64,000 nt of DNA. It comes from Eledone cirrhosa (Eukaryota). A model generated the notes under the pieces. The model saw only the letters and a program-made list of their open reading frames with translations, had not been told where the DNA came from and did not search any database. Where the stretch lies: positions 21,514,001 to 21,578,000 of the forward strand of contig OZ024741.1 in assembly GCA_964016885.1 (NCBI GenBank), written 5' to 3'. The translations under genes were made by a program, and so were the position numbers. Positions 52,970 to 64,000 of the stretch are shown here, piece by piece (within the stretch, counting starts at the first letter, position 1; each line of letters opens with the position of its first letter).

Positions 52970-55725
52970 TCACCACAACTACCATAGCCACCGCTACTAC
53001 CATAGCTACCACTACTACTATTACCACCACCACTACGACCACCACCACCACTACTACCGCACAACCACTACCACCATTACCACCACCACCGCTACTACCA
53101 CTACTACCACCATTACCACCACCACTGCTACTACCACTACCATCACCATTACCACCACCACTACCACACCACTACCACAACCTCAGTCACCACCACTACC
53201 ACACAACCACCACCACTACCACACCCTCGGTCACCACCCCTACCACACCACACCGCTACCACATCACCACCCCAACCTCGGTCACCAACACTACCACACC
53301 ACCAGCACTACCATTACCACCACCACTACCACATCACCACCACCCCAACCTCGGTCACCACCACTACCACCACCACCACAACTACTACTATTCCCACCGC
53401 CACCACCACCACCACTACCACCACCACCACCATCACTACTACTACTACTATTATTACCGCTACCACTACCACCACCACCACTACTACTATTACCACCACC
53501 ACCACCACCACCGCCACCACTACCACCACCACCACTACTACTATTACCACCATCACCGCCACCACTACCACCACCACCACTACTACTATTACCACCACCA
53601 CTACCACCACCATCACTACTACTATTACCACCATCACCGCCACCACTACCACCACCACCACTACTACTATTACCACCACCACCGCCACCACCATCACTAC
53701 TACTATTACCACCATCACCGCCACCACTACCACCACCATCACCGCCACCACTACCACCACCACCACTACTACTATTACCACCACCACCACCACCACCACT
53801 ACTATTACCACTACCACCGCCATCACTACCACCACCATCACTACTACTATTACCACCATCACCGCCACCACTACCACCACCACCACTACTACTATTACCA
53901 CCACCACCACTACTATTACCACCACCTCCGCCACCACAACCACCACCATCACTACTACTATTACCACCACCACTACCACCACCACCACTACTACTATTAC
54001 CACCATCACCGCCACCACCACCACCGCCACCACTACCACCACCACCACTACTACTATTACCACCATCACCGCCACCACTACCACCACCACCACCACTACC
54101 ACCACCACCACCACTACTACTATTACCACCACCACCGCCACCACTACCACCACCATCACTACTACTATTACCACCACCACCGCCACCACTACCATCACCA
54201 CCACTACTACTATTACCCCCAACACTACCACCACCACCACTACTACTATTACCACCATCACCGCCACCACTACCACCACCACCACTACTACTATTACCAC
54301 CACCACCGCCACCACTACCACCACCACCACTACTACTATTACCACCACCACCGCCACCACTACCACCACTACTACTATTACCACCACTACCACCACCACC
54401 ACTACTACTATTACCACCACCACCACTACTACTATTACCACCACCACCACTACTACTATTACCACCACCACCGCCACCACTACCACCACCACCACTACTA
54501 CTATTACCACCACCACCGCCACCACTACTACCACTACTACTATTACCACCACTACCACCACCACCACTACTACTATTACCACCACCACCGCCACCACTAC
54601 CACCACCACCACTACTACTATTACCACCGCCACCACTACCACCACCACCACTACTACTATTACCACCATCACCGCCACCACTACCACCACCATCACTACT
54701 ACTATTACCACCACCACCGCCACCACTACCACCACCACCACTACTACTATTACCACCACCACCACCACCACTACTACTATTACCACCACCACCGCCACCA
54801 CTACCACCACCACCACTACTACTATTACCACCACCACCGCCACCACTACCACCACCACCACTACTACTATTACCACCACCACCGCCACCACTACCACCAC
54901 CACCACCACCACCACCACCATCACTACTACTATTACCACCACCACCACCACCACTACCACCACCACCACTACTACTATTACCACCACCACCACTACCACC
55001 ACCATCACTACTACTATTACCACCACCACCACTACCACCACCACCACTACTACTATTACCACCACCACCACCACTACCACTACTACTATTACCACCACCA
55101 CCGCCACCACTACCACCACCATCACTACTACTATTACCACCACCACCACTACTACTATTACCACCACCACCACCACCACTACCACCACCACTACTACTAT
55201 TACCACCACCACTACCACCACCACCACTACTACTATTACCACCATCACCGCCACCACTACCACCACCACCACTACTACTATTACCACCACCACTACCACC
55301 ACCACCACTACTACTATTACCACCATCACCGCCACCACTACCACCACCACCACTACTACTATTACCACCACCACTACCACCACCACCACTACTACTATTA
55401 CCACCACCACCGCCACCACTACTACTATTACCACCACCACCACCACTACCACCATCACCGCCACCACTACCACCACCACCACTACTACTATTACCACCAC
55501 CACCGCCACCACTACCACCACCACCACTACTACTATTACCACCACCACCGCCACCACTACCACCACCACCACTACTACTATTACCACCACCACCACCACT
55601 ACCACCACCACCACTACTACTATTACCACCACCACCGCCACCACTACCACCACCACCACTACTACTATTACCACCACCACCACCACCACTACCACCACCA
55701 CCACTACTACTATTACCGCCACCAC
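52970..55725. repeat. 2.75-kb (CAC/TAC)n array with a recurring 45-bp superunit
   Basis: Direct inspection. The TACTACTATTAC anchor motif recurs throughout. Confidence 0.98.
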
Positions 55726-55801
55726 GGCTCACATGAATCGGTGCTAAATCCTTGAGATATTTTTACTTTCATTAATCTAGAGTTAAAAACATTTGGCGGT
55801 C

Positions 55802-58800
55802 GGTGACCTGAGACTAGGAGACATTATACACAAGATAAACAACAACAACAGTAGCAGGTGACCTGGGACTGGGTGACATTATACACAAGATAAACAACAA
55901 CAACAGTAGCAGGTGACCTGGGACTGGGAGACATTATACACAAGATAAACAACAACAACAGTAGCAGGTGACCTGGGACTGGGTGACATTATACACAAGA
56001 TAAACAACAACAGTAGCAGGTGACCTGGGACTGGGAGACATTATACACAAGATAAACAACAACAACAACAGTAGCAGGTGATCTGGGACTGGGTGACATT
56101 ATACACAAGATAAACAACAACAACAGTAGCAGGTGACCTGGGACTAGGAGACATTATATACAAGATAAACAACAACAACAGTAGCAGGTGACCCGCGACT
56201 GGGAGACATTATACACAAGATAAACAACAACAACAGTAGCAGGTGACCCGCGACTGGGAGACATTATATACAAGATAAACAACAACAACAGTAGCAGGTG
56301 ACCCGCGACTGGGAAACATTATATACAAGATAAACAACAACAACAGTAGCAGGTGACCTGGGACCGGGAGACATTATATACAAGATAAACAACAACAACA
56401 GTAGCAGGTGACCCGCGACTGGGAGACATTATATACAAGATAAACAACAACAACAGTAGCAGGTGACCCGCGACTGGGAGACATTATATACAAGATAAAC
56501 AACAACAACAGTAGCAGGTGACCCGCGACTGGGAGACATTATATACAAGATAAACAACAACAGTAGCAGATGACTTTGGACTGGGAGACATTATACACAA
56601 GATAAACAACAACAACAGTAGCAGGTGACCTGGGACTGGGAGACATTATATACAAGATAAACAACAACAACAGTAGCAAGTGACCTGGGACTGGGAGACA
56701 TTATACACAAGATAAACAACAACAACAGTAGCAGGTGACCTGGGACTGGGAGACATTATATACAAGATAAACAACAACAACAGTAGCAGGTGACCTGGGA
56801 CTGGGAGACATTATATACAAGATAAACAACAACAACAGTAGCAGGTGACCTGGGACTGGGAGACATTATACACAAGATAAACAACAACAACAGTAGCAGG
56901 TGACCTGGGACTGGGAGACATTATATACAAGATAAACAACAACAACAGTAGCAGGTGACCTGGGACTAGGAGACATTATACACAAGATAAACAACAACAG
57001 TAGCAGGTGACCCGGGAGTGGGAGACATTATACACAAGATAAACAACAATAGTAGCAGGTGACCTGGGACTGGGAGACATTATATACAAGATAAACAACA
57101 ACAGTAGCAGGTGACCCGCGACTGGGAGACATTATATACAAGATAAACAACAACAACAGTAGCAGGTGACCTTGGACTGGGAGACATTATATACAAGATA
57201 AACAACAACAACAGTAGCAGGTGACCTGGGACTGGGAGACATTATATACAAGATAAACAACAACAGTAGCAGGTGACCCGCGACTGGGAGACATTATATA
57301 CAAGATAAACAACAACAACAGTAGCAGGTGACCTTGGACTGGGAGACATTATATACAAGATAAACAACAACAACAGTAGCAGGTGACCTTGGACTGGGAG
57401 ACATTATATACAAGATAAACAACAACAACAGTAGCAGGTGACCTGGGACTGGGAGACATTATATACAAGATAAACAACAACAGTAGCAGGTGACCCGCGA
57501 CTGGGAGACATTATATACAAGATAAACAACAACAACAGTAGCAGGTGACCCGCGACTGGGAGACATTATATACAAGATAAACAACAACAACAGTAGCAGG
57601 TGACCTGGGACTGGGAGACATTATATACAAGATAAACAACAACAGTAGCAGGTGACCTGGGACTGGGAGACATTATACACAAGATAAACAACAACAACAG
57701 TAGCAGGTGACCCGCGACTGGGAGACATTATATACAAGATAAACAACAACAACAGTAGCAGGTGACCTTGGACTGGGAGACATTATATACAAGATAAACA
57801 ACAACAGTAGCAGGTGACCTGGGACTGGGAGACATTATATACAAGATAAACAACAACAGTAGCAGGTGACCTGGGACTGGGAGACATTATACACAAGATA
57901 AACAACAACAACAGTAGCAGGTGACCTGGGACTGGGAGACATTATACACAAGATAAACAACAACAGTAGCAGGTGACCTGGGACTGGGAGACATTATATA
58001 CAAGATAAACAACAACAACAGTAGCAGGTGACCTGGGACTGGGAGACATTATATACAAGATAAACAACAACAACAGTAGCAGGTGACCTTGGACTGGGAG
58101 ACATTATATACAAGATAAACAACAACAACAGTAGCAGGTGACCTGGGACTGGGAGACATTATATACAAGATAAACAACAACAACAGTAGCAGGTGACCTT
58201 GGCCTGGGAGACATTATATACAAGATAAACAACAACAGCAGTAGCAGGTGACCTGGGACTGGGAGACATTATATACAAGATAAACAACAACAACAGTAGC
58301 AGGTGACCCGCGACTGGGAGACATTATATACAAGATAAACAACAACAACAGTAGCAGGTCACCCGCGACTGGGAGACATTATATACAAGATAAACAACAA
58401 CAACAGTAGCAGGTGACCTGGGACTGGGAGACATTATATACAAGATAAACAACAACAACAGTAGCAGGTGACCCGCGACTGGGAGACATTATATACAAGA
58501 TAAACAACAACAACAGTAGCAGGTGACCTGGGACTGGGAGACATTATATAGAAGATAAACAACAACAACAGTAGCAGGTGACCCGCGACTGGGAGACATT
58601 ATATACAAGATAAACAACAACAACAGTAGCAGGTGACCCGCGACTGGGAGACATTATATACAAGATAAACAACAACAACAGTAGCAGGTGACCTGGGACT
58701 GGGAGACATTATACACAAGATAAACAACAACAACAGTAGCAGGTGACCTGGGACCGGGAGACATTATATACAAGATAAACAACAACAACAGTAGCAGGTG

Positions 58801-59238
58801 ACCTGGGACTGGGAGACATTATATACAAGATAAACAACAACAACAGTAGCAGGTGACCTGGGACCGGGAGACATTATATACAAGATAAACAACAACAACA
58901 GTAGCAGGTGACCCGCGACTGGGAGACATTATATACAAGATAAACAACAACAACAGTAGCAGGTCACCCGCGACTGGGAGACGTTATATACAAGATAAAC
59001 AACAACAACAGTAGCAGGTGACCTGGGACTGGGAGACATTATATACAAGATAAACAACAACAACAGTAGCAGGTGACCCGCGACTGGGAGACATTATATA
59101 CAAGATAAACAACAACAACAGTAGCAGGTGACCTGGGACTGGGAGACATTATATACAAGATAAACAACAACAACAGTAGCAGGTGACCCGCGACTGGGAG
59201 ACATTATATACAAGATAAACAACTGTAGCAGGTGACCA
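55802..59238. repeat. 55-bp minisatellite (52- and 58-bp variants), about 63 units: GGTGACCTGGGACTGGGAGACATTATATACAAGATAAACAACAACAACAGTAGCA
   Basis: Period measured from 55802 to 55857. Length variants differ by one AAC. Confidence 0.99.
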
Positions 59239-59760
59239 ACAACAACAATAGTTACAACAGTAACAATAACAACAATACTAGTAACAACAATAACAATAAC
59301 GTGTACCCATAACGAAGTTCTCAGGGAGATTCAACATGACACAGAATGTGACAGTGCTGGTCCTTCGAATTATAGGTACAACCCATTTTTGCCAGCTGAT
59401 TGGACTGGAGCAACGTGAAATAAAGTGTCTTGCTCAAGGACACAAAGAGCTGCCGGAAATCGAAATGGAACTCAAGAACTTTGGATTGTGAACCGAATAC
59501 CCTAACCACAAAGCCACGCACCAGGGGAAACCCTATAAACCATTATTAATAGCTGGACTTGGGCAGTGAATTAGCAGAATCGGCAGAGTGTCGGACAAAA
59601 TGATTTGCGGTGTTATGACTTTCAACGTTCTGAGTTCAAATCCCGCCTAGTTTAACTCTGCTTTTTATTCTTCCGAGGTCGATAAAATAGAGGTCAACAT
59701 ACGATGGCGGTGCTCCAGCATGGCCTCAGCCTATCAGCTGGAACACCTAATAGTGTATTA

Positions 59761-60097
59761 CAAGGTGAGGCTCAAACGTTCATAGGCTGACTATGAAGGA
59801 GTGATGCTAGAGCTGTGAAATCTTGCATGAAATAATTTCAACTCTTCTTATTAATAACTTCATTGTTTCTTTCCAGGAACTATGTTGAAAAACAAACCTC
59901 ATTTGGTCATTCCATGAGAGTATCTTGGTCAGCCTATGAAGGAGTGATGCTAGAGCTGTGAAATCCTGCATGAATTAATTTCAACTCTTGTTAATAACTG
60001 CGTTGATTCTTTCCAGGGACTATGTTGAAAAATAAACCTCATTTGGTCATTCCATGAGAGTATCTTGGTCAGCCTATGAACTTTTCATCGACCCTCG
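59761..60097. mobile_element. Mariner-like MITE with TA flanks and a 143-bp internal tandem duplication
   Basis: Imperfect ~30-bp TIRs sharing GTTCATAGGCTGAC/GTCAGCCTATGAAC, with TA at 59759-59760 and 60098-60099. Confidence 0.8.
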
Positions 60098-60529
60098 TAA
60101 TAAATTTTGTACTCCCCACAAATTGCTGGGGTTGTGCCTAGATTAAAAATCCTTATTCATCGCTGGATTCTACCAGGCACACATTTAATTTAAACAGATA
60201 CCTTCATATGTGGGATTGCTTCACAGAATCAGAGGCAGTTCTTCGTGGTTTGGTCTGAAAGGGTTTCAGAATCTGTGATAAACCTCTGGTCACATACCAC
60301 GTCTGGGCATCTGAAACAATGGCCGTCTGTCGATGTAGATTAGAAAATCTTAACCGGGTCAGTACGGTTCGATTGTACAGTTTTCACAAAACAGCCGCCC
60401 AAGTATCTAATTAGCATATCTCAGTTACTTCCTGTTTTATCGCACGTACCTTGCGTCTGATAATACAACCTTCTTACATTGCCATGGCAACAGAACTCGA
60501 CCAATGAAACACGGTGCCGTGGTACTTGC

Positions 60530-61265
60530 TATATGATATGGGAAGGTGGGATACTACATCTTAACTACATGATACGAAGGGTTGGTACTGTCTTAACTAT
60601 ATGATATGGAAGGGTGGTATTATCTCAACTACATGATGTAGAAGTGTAATACTATCTTAACTATATGATATGGAAGGGTGGTATTATCTCAACTACATGA
60701 TGTAGAAGTGTAATACTATCTTAACTATATGATATAGAAGGGTGGTATTATCTCAACTATATGATGTAGAAGTGTAATACTATCTTAACTATATGATATG
60801 GAAGGGTGGTATTATCTCAACTATATGATATAAAGGTGTAATACTATATTAAACATATGATATGGAAGCGTGGTATTATTTCAACCATATATGGGGGGAT
60901 GTGTGGTACTATCTCAACCATATATCATATAGAGGGGTGATACTATCTTAACTATGATATAGAGATATGGTACAATATGATATAGAGATATGGTACGATA
61001 TGATATAGAAATGTAGTACTATCTTATGATATAGAAATGTAGTATTATTTTATCTAAATGATATAGAGAAGTGAGGTCCTATCTTTATATGATATAGAGT
61101 TATGGTAGTATTTTAACTCTATGATATAGAGCTGAGGTACTATCTTAACTATATGATATAGAGTTATGGTATTATCTTAACTATATGACAGTGAAGTGTG
61201 GTACTATCTTAACTATATGACAATGAGGTGTGGTACTATTTTAACTATATGATATAGGGATGTAG
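60530..61265. repeat. Degenerate 32-bp minisatellite with a 64-bp dimeric core
   Basis: ATGATATGGAAGGGTGGTATTATCTCAACT at 60601 and 60665, alternating with ATGATGTAGAAGTGTAATACTATCTTAACT. Confidence 0.9.
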
Positions 61266-62317
61266 TAGATTAGTCATGTGTGTGTATGTGTGAAACACTT
61301 GTGACTAAAACTTTGATAAAGATAATAACTAGAATTCTTAGGTTAGTGGTTGGCTGGAAATAAAAGCAACCGATGTCAGATATCAAATTACACCTTCATT
61401 ATCATCATGACGTCTATGAATTCCAGTAGTTTATGACCCATCCTTTTCTTTTTACTTTGTTCCATGTTATCAGTTTTATAGCTAGTTTGTTCCCCCTGGG
61501 ACAGTTCTAAAATGTTCCATCCCTTCCTCCATGTAGACCAAAGGTTCTCAACCCATTTCGGCCAAACGCCCCCTTTTGCCCCTCGAAATCACGAAACGTC
61601 CCCTACCCTATTTTTCCATTTTTCAATATAATACTGATTTTGATATCAGTAGATTACTGGGCCAAATCAAGTTATGTTAGAATCTTTAAAAAAATCTTTA
61701 AAAAATACTCGTACAAATTAAATTCAAAAACGTTTCAGTCCAAAACAAAAGCAAGCTATTTCAAATTATATATTTTTGAAAAATAGACGTGAATGTTCTC
61801 AAAGATTTGATCTGAGTCGAAAAAGCTTTTTTTTTAAATTCTATATTTCACTGTTTGCTGTTGTAATATTTTGAGTGGATAGACAATTCTACAATTCAAA
61901 CTGTAAAGTCAAAATACAAAAGATGCAAAATATGAAGAATTTCTTACCTTTTTCTTGAATCTCAAACTCAAGGGAACAATAGTACCTTGCAAAATAAAGT
62001 GCCTCGATTACAAACTTAGTTGCAACGAATGAATTGAGATGCTTAGTGACAGTGAGCAAACAATATCTGTATCCCTTATATATATATATATACATAGATA
62101 GATACACACACACACACACACGCACGCACACACACACCCGTACACACACGCACACAAACAAACGTGTGTGTGTCTGCGTGTGCCTTGTTTTTGGTACAGA
62201 AGGAATTTTGTCTCCAGTTTTTATTGCCGAGTCAAAGGCCACTGCTCTTTTCAACAACGTCAAATAACAACGCCATATATATATATATAATATATATATA
62301 TTCAAATAACAAATGAA

Positions 62318-62360
<43 letters not shown>

Positions 62361-62434
62361 CAGAAAGAGTAAGAAATGTGTGTGTGTGTGTGTGTTTGGT
62401 ACACGTCTATCTATCTATTTATCTATCTCTCCAA

Positions 62435-62834
62435 CAAGGGGCTCAAACATGCGGCCCACGAACTACTTTTCTATGGCCCGTGGTAGAACCAATATTTCAG
62501 ATTCCATTATAACTGGTGAAAATAAGGCGGTGAGCTGGTGGAATCGTTAGCACATTTGGCGAAATGTTTAGTAGCACTTCCGTTTTTACGTTCTGAGTTC
62601 AAATTCCGCCGATCTCAACTTTGCCTTTCATCCTTTTGGGGTCGATAAATTAAGTACCAGTTGTGAACTGAGATCGATGTAATCGACGGGAACCTAAACC
62701 CTAAATTTTATGCCTTGTGCCTATAGTAGAAATGATTATAACTGGTGAAAATCATCACCCACCACCACGTTTAGCCCAGTGCCTCTCCTCCAGGACGTAA
62801 TGGCCCTTTTATGTCCTTGAGTTTGAGACCCCTC
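62435..62834. mobile_element. hAT-like MITE interrupted by a SINE
   Basis: Ends CAAGGGGCTCAAAC and GTTTGAGACCCCT. The TSD is not recognisable. Confidence 0.65.
62524..62734 (+). mobile_element. Full-length SINE family A with a perfect 18-bp TSD, nested in a hAT-like MITE
   Basis: ATTATAACTGGTGAAAAT at 62506-62523 and 62735-62752. Confidence 0.93.
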
Positions 62835-62934
62835 TTCTAAATACACACACACACACACATATATATACACTTTACTTTTTTGTTTCTGGACTACGCCCAT
62901 GCTGGAGCATCACCTTGGTAAGTTATGGGGACGT

Positions 62935-63128
62935 CAACAAACCAACAAGCATTGGTGGGAGGGCAAACACAAACGCAAAGATACACACAGACATATATAT
63001 ACATATATACGACGAGCTTCTTTTAGTTTCGGTCTATCAAATCCACTCACAGGGCTTCGGTCGGCCCGGGCAGTGGGACTGAACCCGGAAACATGTGGTT
63101 GAGAGGCAAGCTTCTTGTCACACTGCGC
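62935..63128 (-). mobile_element. SINE family C (tRNA-like head, internal TA/TG microsatellite); another copy at ~35000-35145 (+)
   Basis: The two copies share GTGAGTGGATTTGATAGA..AAACT...AGAAGC..GTxGTATATAT. Confidence 0.75.
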
Positions 63129-63160
<32 letters not shown>

Positions 63161-63358
63161 CTCTTATCAAGTTAAGAATGAAAATAAAAAGAACAAAGTC
63201 AAATTACTTTATAACTTTGTTTTTATTTTTATTGTTAATTTAATACCTAATATGTGACTTTGTATCTAAAGAATTAATTCAGCGAAACACAGAACTTCTC
63301 TATGGATTTTACAAGATTACATTTAGTCTTATCTACGGTGCGGTGCGACTGAAAAAAG

Positions 63359-63441
<83 letters not shown>

Positions 63442-64000
63442 ATAATCTCTCCCTCTCTCTCTATATATATATATAAATCTACATACATACATATACACAT
63501 ACATACATTTACCTCTGTATATAGCTATGCATTTATACATTTGTATATATACATGTATTTATATTTAAGTGTGTAAGGATGTTGACATGATTTATGGGTT
63601 TTTTTGGTAAGGAGAGAATTTAGTCTCCAGATTTTATTACCTAGGGAGATTAAATACCACAGCTCTGGCTGAAAGTTGACTAGGTTCTCAACCTCATCAA
63701 ACACCAACGCCGGCCTGTGTGTGGATATATATGTGTGTGTATGTATGTATGTATGTATGTATGTATGTATGTATGTATGTATGTATGTATGTATGTATGT
63801 ATGTATGTATGTATGTATGTATGCATGCATGTATGCTTCTTTTTCTTGTCGTTTCTGTTGTTCTTCTAACTGTTGTAAAAGTTGACGTTGTTCTTATTTT
63901 CATTTTCTTTGATTTCTTTCTTTTATCTCCCTAGGGAATTCGTTGACAAGTTTCTTTTATTTATTTTCTTCGTTTTCTTCATTAAAATGCATTCACACTG

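Noticed and set aside
52902-55755. Pro-rich, His/Tyr-rich or Gly/Ser-rich structural proteins of 800-940 aa
   Set aside because: Open in multiple frames because of (CAC/TAC)n. It lacks synonymous codon variety and a convincing N-terminus, although transcription cannot be excluded.
60198-60360. Candidate coding exon with AG/GT boundaries
   Set aside because: Stops occur in every frame tested between the candidate boundaries on both strands, and the peptides are unrecognisable.

Overview
This is eukaryotic, AT-rich, repeat-dense DNA. The SINE, LINE and microsatellite complement looks cephalopod (octopus-like), which is inferred rather than proven. Two host genes lie on the + strand. The first is the last seven coding exons of a NOC3L (nucleolar complex protein 3) homolog at 23799-36779, spliced by hand with consistent GT-AG phases. 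The second is an intronless 361-aa EF-hand plus nicotinamidase ORF at 44550-45635. The rest is repeats: a 29/32-bp satellite of at least 23.7 kb with higher-order structure, 48-, 55- and 32-bp arrays, long CAC/TAC triplet arrays, several SINE families, RTE/CR1/Ingi-like LINE fragments, and piggyBac-, hAT- and mariner-like MITEs. The long ORFs over these arrays are artefacts. The most notable observation is that both satellites inside NOC3L introns trace to short internal pieces of retroposons present in this window. Also notable are a ~600-bp near-identical inverted copy 18 kb apart that looks like SINE-templated break repair, and several inverted-repeat pairs in the NOC3L transcription unit. 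I found no CRISPR-like or clearly novel multi-gene system.
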